From Candidatus Sulfomarinibacteraceae bacterium (lineage in GTDB: Bacteria; Acidobacteriota; Thermoanaerobaculia; Thermoanaerobaculales; Sulfomarinibacteraceae), in contig CAVQSQ010000021.1 in assembly GCA_963715955.1 (NCBI GenBank), forward strand, positions 673,295 through 737,294: a DNA stretch of 64,000 nucleotides, read 5' to 3'. Every line of letters begins with the position of its first letter. Within the stretch, counting starts at the first letter, position 1. Position numbers and translations under genes: made by a program. The notes below the pieces were generated by a model. The model worked only from the letters and a program-made list of their open reading frames with translations. It was not told where the DNA came from and searched no databases. Shown here in pieces: positions 35,633 through 47,000 of this stretch.

Positions 35633-36525
35633 CCGGAGCGCTGGACGCCCTCCGTCTCCCCTACCGCGTGATGGCGGTCGGGGACGGAGGGGTCGACGCC
35701 GCATCGCTCGGCGGCGCGGGGACGGTGTTCAATCTCGTCGAGTCGCCTCCGGGACGCCCCACGTTTCAGGTCGAGGCGGCTGCCGCGTTCGAACGCGCGG
35801 GGCTCAACGTCACCGGTTCGTCCGCCGAGGCCATCCGCGCCACCACCGACAAGGAGGCGACCCGACAGACCCTCACCCGACACGGAGTCGCGGTGGCGCC
35901 CGGCGGACTGCTCGACCCCGATCACCCGGACATCCTCGACAGCGTGATGCCGCCGTGGATCCTCAAGCCGTCGCTCGAGGACGCCTCTCTCGGTCTTGAT
36001 ACCACAGCCGTCACCTCGGACCGCGCGGAAGCCATCACGCGCGCCGGCGAGCTCGGGCGCCTCTTCAACGGCCAACCCGTTCTCGTCGAGCACCTCCTTC
36101 CGGGACGCGAGTTCAACATCTCCATCCTCGACGGAGCATCCGGTCCCGAGGTCCTGCCCGCGGCGGAGATGACCTTTGTCGACTTCCCTCCCGACCGCCC
36201 GCGGATCCTCGATTGGGAGGCGAAGTGGGACGAGGGCTCGTTCGCCTACCGCAACACGGTGCGGGTCTTTCTCAACGGCTCCGAGACGCTCCTCCGGCGC
36301 CACCTCGAAGAGGTCGCGCGGGTTTCGTGGTCGGCCTGCGGTCTCACCGGTTACGGCCGCGTCGACATCCGGCTCGACGAGGACGAGGTGCCGCGAGTGC
36401 TCGAAATCAACGCCAACCCCTGCATCTCCCCCGACGCGGGATTCGCCGCGGCCGCCGCGAAGGCAGGGATCGAACCCGAGGAAATCGTGCGGCGGATCCT
36501 CGCCGCAGCGGGATGGAAAGAATGA
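35545..36525 (+). CDS. ATP-grasp ligase, D-alanine--D-alanine ligase-like (copy 2)
   Basis: ATG at 35545 (MSDILVAHNAV...). TDKEATRQTLTRHGVAVAPG, ILKPSLEDASLGL, EHLLPGREFNISIL and VLEINANPCISP. It overlaps copy 1 by 88 nt if both calls are right. Confidence 0.75.
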   Translation: MSDILVAHNAVAAADDPSTRDVLAQVGFVTGALDALRLPYRVMAVGDGGVDAASLGGAGTVFNLVESPPGRPTFQVEAAAAFERAGLNVTGSSAEAIRATTDKEATRQTLTRHGVAVAPGGLLDPDHPDILDSVMPPWILKPSLEDASLGLDTTAVTSDRAEAITRAGELGRLFNGQPVLVEHLLPGREFNISILDGASGPEVLPAAEMTFVDFPPDRPRILDWEAKWDEGSFAYRNTVRVFLNGSETLLRRHLEEVARVSWSACGLTGYGRVDIRLDEDEVPRVLEINANPCISPDAGFAAAAAKAGIEPEEIVRRILAAAGWKE

Positions 36526-37100
36526 ACACGCTCACCCTGATCTCACCCACCATCGTTCGCCGCGAGCTGTCGATGGCGGACCGCACCCCGGTTCACCGGC
36601 TCCTCGACGCGACCGGGTTCTTCAACCCCGAGGAAGTCGAGGTGGCGATGGAACTGGTCGACGACCGCATCGCCCTCGGCGAGGAGAGCCACTACCGATT
36701 CCTGGTCGGCGAACATCACGGCGAGGTCGCCGGCTACGCCTGCTGGGGGCCGATCCCGGGGACCGTCGAATCGGCGGACCTCTACTGGATCGCAGTCGAC
36801 CCCGCGCTTCAGGGAGTCGGCATCGGCCGCACTCTGCTGGCCCAGGCCGAGAGTTGGATGGCCGCATCGGGGAGGCCTCGCGTCTACCTCGAGACCGCCG
36901 GCCGCGCCCAGTACGCGCCGACCCGAGCCTTCTACCTGGCTTGCGGCTATCAGGTTGCCGCCGAGCTCGAGGACTTCTATGCGCCCGGTGATTCCAGGGT
37001 GACCTTCCTCAAGGTCCTCGATCCGGCGGCGTCACGGGGTCTTCAAGGTTTGAAGAGCCCCGCAGGATCGGCGCCGGCGAAGCAGGCGTCCATCAGGTAG
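36522..37100 (+). CDS. GNAT family N-acetyltransferase
   Basis: The ATG at 36522 overlaps the upstream stop (ATGA). IAVDPALQGVGIGRTLLAQAE is acetyl-CoA-binding motif A. Confidence 0.8.
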   Translation: MNTLTLISPTIVRRELSMADRTPVHRLLDATGFFNPEEVEVAMELVDDRIALGEESHYRFLVGEHHGEVAGYACWGPIPGTVESADLYWIAVDPALQGVGIGRTLLAQAESWMAASGRPRVYLETAGRAQYAPTRAFYLACGYQVAAELEDFYAPGDSRVTFLKVLDPAASRGLQGLKSPAGSAPAKQASIR

Positions 37101-37780
37101 CGCGGCGCCCGCGGCAGGCTCCGCGCGGTCTCCTCATCGACGAGACGGGTGTGGCGCAGCCGGTCGAGGGCATCGCCGAGGTACTCCAGGTCATCGGTCG
37201 TGAACCGCCAGCCGCGATCGTCGAAGCGCGTGAGGTCGCAGGGCACCGAGTAGGCGCGCAGCGCGCTGTAGCCGTCGAGGTTGAAGTAGAAGGGAAAGTA
37301 CGAAAGTGCGAGCTCGCGGACCGTCCGGTACACGGGGTCGCGCATCCGGAGCGCCGTCGTGTTGGATGTGGCGACGGCTCCCCACAGACCGCCCTCGCGA
37401 AAGAGCGCCACGACGTGGTCGTCGTCGTTGTGCGCCCGAAGATCGACCAGCAACGGCGGCCGCCCGTGGTGGCTCAGAGCAGCCGCCGCGAGCAGCGCCC
37501 CTTCCATGCAGTGAGCCCGCCGTACCCGGAGGACCTCCCGCGGCGACCGGCACACCGGCTCCGAGTTGTACGGAATGCCGTCCAGAAAATCCTGAATCGC
37601 CCGCGGCGAATCAAGCCGGTCGAGCACCCGCAGCTCCGCTCGCGGTCCACTTCCAACGTTCCCTCGACCTGACTCCGAGACTCCACCTCTGACCTCCCCG
37701 CAGCGATTTCCGCCGCCCAATCCCGAGGCTGATCGGGCGGCATATCCGAATTCCGAATTCCGAATTCCGAATTCTGACAT
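37043..37780 (-). CDS. Transglutaminase-fold / cysteine-peptidase-like hypothetical protein (start uncertain)
   Basis: [16 protein letters not shown] (Cys), DDDHVVALF (His) and [10 protein letters not shown] resemble a papain/transglutaminase-like core. The candidate starts are ATG 37780 (just before a heptamer array), ATG 37801, TTG 37840 and GTG 37627. The 3' end overlaps the convergent GNAT gene by 58 nt. Confidence 0.55.
   Translation of the reverse strand: MSEFGIRNSEFGYAARSASGLGGGNRCGEVRGGVSESGRGNVGSGPRAELRVLDRLDSPRAIQDFLDGIPYNSEPVCRSPREVLRVRRAHCMEGALLAAAALSHHGRPPLLVDLRAHNDDDHVVALFREGGLWGAVATSNTTALRMRDPVYRTVRELALSYFPFYFNLDGYSALRAYSVPCDLTRFDDRGWRFTTDDLEYLGDALDRLRHTRLVDEETARSLPRAPRYLMDACFAGADPAGLFKP
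37745..37777. repeat. Heptamer tandem array (CCGAATT)n, inverted relative to the 18879 array
   Basis: TCCGAATTCCGAATTCCGAATTCCGAATTCTGA. It lies immediately downstream of the candidate ATG at 37780 of the minus-strand gene. Confidence 0.9.
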
Positions 37781-37880
37781 CTCCACCCTCGATTCTCCCA
37801 TCTTCAACCCGCCCTTGCCCGCTCGTGAAAGATGGTACAAAATAGCCCGGCCCGCAACGGGCAGTCCCCAAGGAGGCGAG

Positions 37881-39929
<2,049 letters not shown>

Positions 39930-39930
39930 A

Positions 39931-39965
39931 GAGCTGTTAGCTGTCAGCTTTTAGCTGTCAGCTTC
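39931..39965 (+). repeat. Heptamer tandem array (AGCTGTC)n, 5 units, starting 2 nt after the sucD stop
   Basis: AGCTGTT AGCTGTC AGCTTTT AGCTGTC AGCTTCA. Confidence 0.9.
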
Positions 39966-39998
39966 AAACGCCTCCGGGAAACCGGGGGCGTTTCTTTG
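39966..39998 (+). terminator. Probable sucCD terminator
   Basis: AAACGCCTCCGG-GAAA-CCGGGGGCGTTT followed by a T-rich tail (TTTCTTTG). Confidence 0.65.
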
Positions 39999-40050
39999 TC
40001 TCCAGGGAATCCAGTATGGGAACAGACTCGCGGCGCAGAGAGACCCGAAA

Positions 40051-40126
40051 GGGAGGGGATAAACCCCTCCCCTACGATGCTCGGATCACCTCTGAAAGGC
40101 GTAGGGGCGGGGTTTATCCCCGCCCG
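40051..40126. repeat. Pair of GGGGATAAACCCC / GGGGTTTATCCCC hairpins (X then Y) with CCTACG / CGTAGG flanks
   Basis: GGGAGGGGATAAACCCCTCCCCTACG ... CGTAGGGGCGGGGTTTATCCCCGCCCG. This is the same family as 56811-57051. Confidence 0.85.
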
Positions 40127-40208
40127 CACGATGTTGAATTCTGCAAGAGGTCCATTTTTCTGCCGGCATTCGAGGGCCTCGGAATCGCGCACCACGAGGC
40201 GAAAACAC

Positions 40209-40235
40209 TTGACTTCGGAAAAATCCCTATATAAT
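40209..40235 (+). promoter_or_regulatory. Sigma-70-like promoter of an orphan short transcription unit
   Basis: TTGACT (40209-40214), a 15-nt spacer, then TATAAT (40230-40235). The spacer is shorter than the 17-nt optimum. Confidence 0.45.
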
Positions 40236-40241
40236 TCCGAC

Positions 40242-40302
40242 TTCGTAGTGAGGGAGGAGGAGTTTCTCTCTACGAGAGCCCGGCGGTTTCGCCGGGTTTT
40301 TT
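40242..40302 (+). ncRNA. Candidate small RNA of about 60 nt. A hairpin displays GGAGGAG in its loop and is followed by an intrinsic terminator.
   Basis: It sits between convergent sucD and addA. The stem is UUCGUAG/CUACGAG with an inner GAGGGA/UUUCUC helix and a GGAGGAG loop. Then comes CCCGGCG-GUUU-CGCCGGG plus UUUUUU (40279-40302). No ORF follows on this strand. Confidence 0.35.
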
Positions 40303-40466
40303 CATTCGCCCGGGCGGTGCCCGGGCGAATGAAAAAACAGGTGGGGGCACTCACGGGCAATGCGGCCGAGAGCATCGGGATGTTCACCTCGGCCCTCCGC
40401 TCGTGAACGCTCGAGTCGACCGACGGGCCTCTTGTGGTGCGGGCGTCCCGCCTGCACCGCGGCTGC

Positions 40467-43400
40467 TCACAACCTCACGATCCGGTCGGCGGCGAGGAAC
40501 CACAGCTCGACGTGGGGTTCGTGGTCGAGGGTGAGAGCGTCGCGGAGGGCGCGGGCGTAGGTGCGCACCTGGGGTTCGTAGAGCGCGGTTCGCTCCTTCA
40601 TCGCATCTTCGCCTTCGCAATGGTCCGTCTTGTAGTCGGCCACCACGACCCGGCCGTCGCCCGGATCGCGGTAGACGAGATCGACGATCCCTGACACCAC
40701 CGCACCGGGAACACCGGGCTCCTCCGACCACACCATCACCGGCAGCTCGCGCGCGAGCACGTGACCTGCGACAACTTCCAGCCGGGTCAGACACGAACCT
40801 TCGGACAATCTCGTGAGGAGGTCCTCCGCCCGGGTCTTCCCATCGTCGAAGGGCGCAAGCTCGGCGAGGATCCGTTGACGGTGGCCGGCGACCTGCGGCC
40901 CCAGAGCGGCATCCAGATCGAGGTTCTCCATCAAGGAGTGAACCGCGGTTCCGAGGGCCATCGCCGCCCTGCGATCGGACGAGCCCTCCCCCACCGGTTC
41001 GACCTCTTCGGCCTCGGCGCGGCGCAGGCGGTCGTGGGCCTCGGCCGAGGCCGACCGGAAGACCGGCTGTTCCATCCGGTGAACCGACGTCGCGCGCGCC
41101 GCGGCCAGCTCTCGGGCCCGCTGGAGGCGTTCCTCGATCCCCTCGATGCCTTCCCCGGCGCGTCGGTCGGGTTCAGCCTCCAACGCAACATCTGCGAACG
41201 CCGGCATCACGCGCACCAGGTGCGGAGCGTCACCTGCCTCACGTTCGGCCGCGCGCCCGATCTGGGCCTCCACCGCCTCCCCGACGAGCCGGCGGCTCAC
41301 GAGATCGGCAAATGTCGTCGCCGCCTTCGGCGACTTGTGTTGGCCCGGAGCCCTCCACCCCCCGGAGAGGACCAGGCGGTTTTTCGCCCGGGTGGTGGCG
41401 ACGTAGAGAAGCCGCACGAGTTCGGCCCTGGTCTTTCGTTCGGATTCCCATTCGGCCGACGCGAAGCCCGGAGACGCCCACCCGAAGATGCGGTATTCCG
41501 GCATCCCGTCGAAGGTCCGCACCTCGGCCGCCGCACGATTGCCTCCGCCGCGCCCTCCCTTGTGAATCTGGGACACGTAGACGTGCGAGAAATCGAGCCC
41601 CTTGGCCTTGTGAATGGTCATCACGTGGACCGCGTCGACCTCGAGATCGGGGGGCGTCGGGACCCGGCTTTCGCCGCCCTCCGAGACCGCCAGCCGCAGA
41701 AAACGCGCGAGATCGGCACCGCCCCGTTCGCCGGTCACCAGGGTGGCCTCGAGGTCGGCCAGAAAGCGCTCGATCCGCGCCCGCCGAAACCCACCGAGAT
41801 ACCGTCCGGCCGCCGTGACCTCCGCCAACCACAGCGTCCGGATCTTTTCCACGAACACATCGGGAGGGTCGCGCCGCAGCGACCGCCGCAATTCGGCGAT
41901 GGTCGCAGCGGCCGCGCGGACCGCGTCCGGCCAACCCGGTACCTCGTCGACGCCCGGAGCATCGGCCGGGGTCGCCGCCCGGGCTGCCTCGACCGATGCG
42001 TCGACCGCGTCGATCACCGCTCGATCCGGACCCGTCAGACCGGCCATCCGAGCCGGGAGGCCGGCACGCCACAACGGCGCCAATGCGGCGTCGGGCACTC
42101 CGACCACGTCACTGCGCAACACGGTCAGCAGCGCCAGAACGTCCGCGGGCTCGAGCACGGTCCGTACCAGCGCAGCCAGCTCGACGACTTCCCTCTGGCG
42201 GTAGTAGTCGCGCTCGCGAGCCACCTCGTACGGTACGCCGGCCTCGCGCAGGGCCTCGAGAAGGATTTCCTGCGCGGTGGTGACCCGCAGCAGTACGGCC
42301 ACCTCGCCCCAGCCGCCGATCACGCCCTCGGAGTGCAGGCGGGAGATATCCGCTGCAATCGCCCGCGCTTCGAGGGCCGAGGTCCCGTTGTCGGCGTTGC
42401 CCTTCTCCGGCGCCACGCCGTCCGGCCCTTCCGGCCAGGCAACCCAGTGCTCCACCGTCTTCCAGCCGCTTTCGTCGACGCCCGCGGCCCCGCGCCGGTC
42501 TCCGGTCGCCTCGAGCGCCTGGAAGGCCGGTTGGATCCCGGTCTCCCGCTCCATGACCGGCGCCACCAGGCGCTCGACTTCATCGAGGATCGGCGTCACC
42601 GATCGGAAATTCTGCACCAGGTCGACGGTCTTCCCCCCGGCTTCCAGCACCCGTCGGACGAAACGGTGGTAGGCCGCGAGGTCGGCGCTGCGCCAGGCAT
42701 AGATCGACTGTTTCGGATCGCCGACGATGAACAACGACGGACGCCGCGGCGGTTCATCGGCCAGGGCCAGCATGTCGACCAACCGGCACTGGACGTCGTC
42801 GGTGTCCTGGAATTCGTCGACCAGGAGGTGGTCGATGCCGCGCACGACCTCCGAGCGAACGCCCGGTGATCCGGCCAGGAGATTCGCGGCGGCGCGCAGT
42901 TGATCCGAGAAGGTCACCAGACCTACGGCACGGCGGCGTTCCTGGACGGCCTCGAGCAGCGGCGAGAGGACCGCCCGAGCGGCCGCCAACTCTTCGCGAT
43001 GCGGATCGGCAAGCGGCGCCAACACCGCCGCCAATTCGCCGGATGCAAGCGCCACCTTTTCGCCGATGTCCTCGAAGGCCGCGCCCTCGCCGGCGGTGAA
43101 GTCGAGCCTCGACCACGTGCGCAGCCGCTCGATGGCCCTCGGATCGACCGCAGCGGCCACCCCCACGAGATCGAGCATCGACACCTCGTCGCCCGGCGGC
43201 GGAAGGTTCGCCGCTACCTGTTCTCCCACACTCCCGGCGAGCACACTGACCTCGCCCCGGACCCCGGCCAGGCGATCGCCCACGAGCCCGCGGAAGATGT
43301 CGTTCGCACGCCGCAATCGGACCGCGAGGACCGGCGCCCCTGCGTCATCGAACGGATCGCGCGCGAGCCACCCGGGTTCGACGCCGGCCTCCACCAGTGC

Positions 43401-44039
43401 GCACACCGCATCGACGATGGTCGCCGGGGCGATGCCATCGGCCGCGAGCTGCCGCCAACTCCCGCCTGCCGATGCCTCACCGAGTTCGCGCAAGGTCTCC
43501 TCCAGCGCCTCTTCCGCCAGTTCCCGGATGCGCGAACCGTCGGCGTCGACCTCGAACCTGGGGTGGAGACCGGCCTCCAACGGGTAGGTGGAAAGAAGAC
43601 GCTGGCAATAGGCGTGGATGGTCGAGACCACCAGCCGGTGGCTTTCTTCGGACAGGGCCAGCGCGCGCCGTTTCTCCTCCTCACCGTCGTCCGGCAGCAA
43701 TCCCGGTTCGGGGTCCCACCCCACCGGTTTCTCGCCGCACGCGAGCGCGAGAAAGGCGGCGCCGATCTTGTGAGCCATCTCGGCCGCAGCGGCATCGGTG
43801 AAGGTGATCGCGACCACCCGTTCGATCACCCGGCGGGCGACCGTGGAGTCGTCGAGCCCGGTCTCGGCGTGGCGTTCCCAACCCGGGCCCGCACACCACG
43901 CCACCACTCGCGAGACCAGCAGAGCTGTCTTTCCGGTGCCGGCGCCCGCGACGACAACGACCGGGCGCTCGAACTCGCTCTGAGCGAACCGCCGCGATCG
44001 GCGGTCGGCCTCGACCGGATCGGCGGATTTCACGGTCAC
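40467..44039 (-). CDS. addA: UvrD/Rep-family helicase fused to a C-terminal PD-(D/E)XK nuclease (AddA/RecB-like)
   Basis: VVAGAGTGKTALLV (Walker A), LLVDEFQDTD, and a C-terminal nuclease block (IVDLVYRD...VVADYKTD). I prefer the GTG at 44039 (GTGA overlap with the addB stop). The track start at 44075 is also possible. Confidence 0.8.
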   Translation of the reverse strand: MTVKSADPVEADRRSRRFAQSEFERPVVVVAGAGTGKTALLVSRVVAWCAGPGWERHAETGLDDSTVARRVIERVVAITFTDAAAAEMAHKIGAAFLALACGEKPVGWDPEPGLLPDDGEEEKRRALALSEESHRLVVSTIHAYCQRLLSTYPLEAGLHPRFEVDADGSRIRELAEEALEETLRELGEASAGGSWRQLAADGIAPATIVDAVCALVEAGVEPGWLARDPFDDAGAPVLAVRLRRANDIFRGLVGDRLAGVRGEVSVLAGSVGEQVAANLPPPGDEVSMLDLVGVAAAVDPRAIERLRTWSRLDFTAGEGAAFEDIGEKVALASGELAAVLAPLADPHREELAAARAVLSPLLEAVQERRRAVGLVTFSDQLRAAANLLAGSPGVRSEVVRGIDHLLVDEFQDTDDVQCRLVDMLALADEPPRRPSLFIVGDPKQSIYAWRSADLAAYHRFVRRVLEAGGKTVDLVQNFRSVTPILDEVERLVAPVMERETGIQPAFQALEATGDRRGAAGVDESGWKTVEHWVAWPEGPDGVAPEKGNADNGTSALEARAIAADISRLHSEGVIGGWGEVAVLLRVTTAQEILLEALREAGVPYEVARERDYYRQREVVELAALVRTVLEPADVLALLTVLRSDVVGVPDAALAPLWRAGLPARMAGLTGPDRAVIDAVDASVEAARAATPADAPGVDEVPGWPDAVRAAAATIAELRRSLRRDPPDVFVEKIRTLWLAEVTAAGRYLGGFRRARIERFLADLEATLVTGERGGADLARFLRLAVSEGGESRVPTPPDLEVDAVHVMTIHKAKGLDFSHVYVSQIHKGGRGGGNRAAAEVRTFDGMPEYRIFGWASPGFASAEWESERKTRAELVRLLYVATTRAKNRLVLSGGWRAPGQHKSPKAATTFADLVSRRLVGEAVEAQIGRAAEREAGDAPHLVRVMPAFADVALEAEPDRRAGEGIEGIEERLQRARELAAARATSVHRMEQPVFRSASAEAHDRLRRAEAEEVEPVGEGSSDRRAAMALGTAVHSLMENLDLDAALGPQVAGHRQRILAELAPFDDGKTRAEDLLTRLSEGSCLTRLEVVAGHVLARELPVMVWSEEPGVPGAVVSGIVDLVYRDPGDGRVVVADYKTDHCEGEDAMKERTALYEPQVRTYARALRDALTLDHEPHVELWFLAADRIVRL

Positions 44040-47000
44040 CCGTCCACCTCCGGTCGTTCGAACCCGAGCCACCACAGATCGCGTGCGGCATCCGCCGCCG
44101 TGTCGCAGCTGTCATCCGAACTGCGCATCCACCGCACCAGCTCACGGCGGAAGGCCGAGTCGTCGCGACGACACGCCTCGGCCACGGCACAGTAGAGACA
44201 GTGCCCCGCCGCCTTGCCGTCGGCCTCCTCGAGGCGCGGGAAGGCAACTCCCGCCGTTCGCGCCCGTTCGATCGTCTGCACCGCGTTGATGAACAACCCG
44301 ACGGCCGCCTCGTCGTCGCCGCCAAGGGCGAGGATCCTCACCTCGTCGGACCACTCGTCATTCGGTTTGAGGAAGAGGTACGCTCCCCGCGCGCTTTCGA
44401 CTCCTGCGGCCGACGCGTAGGCGACTGCCTGCAGGCGCCGCCCTCGTGCTATCGAGGTTTCAAGGTGTTTGCGTCTGGTCACCTCCTTTTTGGCCTCCGA
44501 GACCGGTCGCGACGCCTTGTAGTCGATCAGCGTGATCGCACCGCCGAGACCACCGACCCGGTCGGCACGGAAGGACAGCCTGCGGTCCACACCGGGTACC
44601 TCCGCCGCGCCCTCGACCTCGGAACCGAGAACACCCGACAGAGCTCCGCCCGTCCACTCCAACTCCCGTTCGACCTCGAGATAGCCGCGGGCGCGCGCTG
44701 CCAACAACGGCGCCATCCCGACCGGTCCGAGACCGGCCCGTTCCGCCACGCGGGCGGCGATCTCCGTCAGAAGTTCCTCGAACACCGCCTCGTCAGGCCA
44801 GACCACCGTCACCAGGCGGCCCGCTGCCAACTCGTCGAGCCTCGCGGTCCCGACCCGCTCGGGATCCGCGATCCCGCGATCGACGATCTCGTCGAGGACG
44901 CCGTGCACCACCTGGCCGACCAACGGTCCGTCGATCCCCGGCAGGCCGAGCTGCGGGTCGGGCATCGGGAAGACCCCGAGTCCGTGCTCGATGAATTCCC
45001 GCCAGGGACAGGTGCCCGTCCCCTCCGCGTGGGTCACCCACAGGGGTTGACCGGCTTCACCCCGACCGCCTCCCGTGAAACCGAACCACGGGGAGATTAC
45101 CGCGTCCCGGGGCCGCTCGACCGCTTCGAGGACGTCGAGTCTGGACGCGGCAACGGCAACCGGCGACACCGTTTCGGCGGTTGTGGCGGCGTCCGTCCGA
45201 CCCTCTTCGACGGCCGCCCCGAGCAGGCGCTTCAAACCGTTCGAGTCTGCAAGCGGCGCCGCCAGAATCGCCAACTCGTAGGCCGTCCGCGGGTGGTCGC
45301 GGCCGCCCTGCTCGCTCCACAACTGAGACGCCCGCAACGGTTCTCCGGCCTCGGTGCGGAGCCGCAACCGATCGACGAACGGCGAGGCCGTCATGGTGCC
45401 GTCTGCGCCGAACGCGGACCACGAGAGGTGGACCGAAGGCGAAGACGCGACGAGCTGGGCGAAGAGATAGCGCTCCTCGTCGGCGCTCCGCCCCTTCACC
45501 GGCATCTCGGGCAGCACGGTGGCGGCGAGTCTCGTCCGGACCGCCTCCGGCAGCATCGGATCTTCGTGAACGACCCGCGGAAAGAGGCCCCGGTTGCAGG
45601 CCATCACAAACAGGTGCGAAAAGGTGCGTGAGCGGGCCTCCATCACGGTCAGGACCTGGACCCCCGCACCTTCGCCGCCGATCGCCACCTCACCGATCTT
45701 CTGCAGTCGATCGCCGAGCAATCGCTGCCACTCCGCAGCGGTGAGCATCAGGTCATCGGGAACCTCTCGGCAGATTTTCTCGAGCGCATCCCAAACCTCG
45801 GCGCGCCCGGGGGAATCCTCGCCCCAACCCAGGGCGTCGAGAAGGACGAGCGTGTGCCGTCTGTGAACTGGCGCCGATCCCTTTTCGGGCCTCAGATCGA
45901 GAGCCGAGACCACCCGGCCGGCACGGGCCACTGCCTCTCGTACAACACCGGCGGACAGCCTTCTCGGGGTGCCGGGCTCCTCGCCGTCCTCGTCCGGTCC
46001 GAGGTCGACCGGCAGCCGAACACCGCTTGCAGGCACGGCGCCCGGCTGCAGCTCGGCCAGATCCGACAACCGGAGGACGCCGAGCACCCGGAGACCGAGC
46101 AGGAGCTCGGTCGTCCCGCCCTCGACGGTAGAGGCCTCCATCCAGAGGTCGGCGCCGCACGACGGGCCCTGGCGAAGAAGCTCCAGGAAGCGCAGAATCG
46201 GGGTTCTCGGGGAAGCGCCGGGAACCCCAGCCCCGATGCCCGAAAACGGAACACCGAGACGTCTCAGGTGCCGTCGCAGGGGCAGCACCAGACCATCGAG
46301 AGTCCGGCCCACCACACCGATCTCCTCCGGCGTGACTCCGCCGTCGAGGAGCCGTCGCAGCTCCTCGGCCACCCACCGCGCCTCGGCTTCGCGATCGGGC
46401 GCCTCCACGAGTTCGAGCCGCGGCGGCGGTTCGAGCCGGGGATCAACCTCCCGATCGAGGTGGGTCAGCCGTTCCTCGAGCCGACTCAGATACACCCCGC
46501 CGAGATCGTCGGTTTCCTGGTTGGCGGGGTCCGGCGGCCGGTCGAGAATCACCGTGGAGTTGAACACCCTCACCACGGCGGCGAGGAGGTCGGCGGCGAC
46601 TCCGGTAACGTCTGCGAACCCGTGCACCAGCAGGTGCCGGGTCGGGGCGGCCAGGGGTCCGTGCTGGACGAGGCTTTCCCCAGCCCACTGCAGTGCCTGC
46701 ATCGACCGCGCAGGGCCCGGATCCTCCCCCAACTCGCAGACCACGGCCGCCAGTCTCACGACGGCGCGCGTGCGCTCGACTCGACCCGGCGCGAGATCCC
46801 GCGCCACATCGTCGAGGGACTCGAACACGGCCTCGAGATTGCCCGGCTCGAAGCCGGCATCGAGGAGGTCGCGAACGGCCCCGACCACCGGATCATATCC
46901 GTCGCGCAAGTCCCCGAGTGAGGCGTTGAGCGCCGGGTCGGCGGCCGCAAGGCGCCGCACCACGAGTTCGAAGACCGCATCGCCGGGTGGCACGGATCGT

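Noticed and set aside
37043-37100. The 58-nt convergent overlap between the GNAT gene and the transglutaminase-fold gene as evidence that one call is wrong
   Set aside because: Both stops are fixed by the sequence, and both C-terminal regions continue coding-like patterns. Convergent overlaps of this size occur in compact high-GC genomes. I cannot exclude a sequencing indel shifting one stop, given the three frameshifts seen elsewhere.
40297-40336. The 18-bp-arm palindrome at 40297-40336 as a second intrinsic terminator for the plus-strand sRNA or for addA
   Set aside because: On neither strand is the hairpin followed by a U-run, because the T and A runs are part of the stem. A role cannot be assigned, so it is mentioned only within the sRNA finding.
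44040-44065. tRNA-like T-arm strings (GTTCGAAC/GGTTCGAA) at about 44050, 47493, 6040 and 22105
   Set aside because: All lie inside confident coding sequence or repeat hairpins. They lack a matching acceptor stem, D-arm and anticodon arm. No intergenic region folds into a cloverleaf by inspection.
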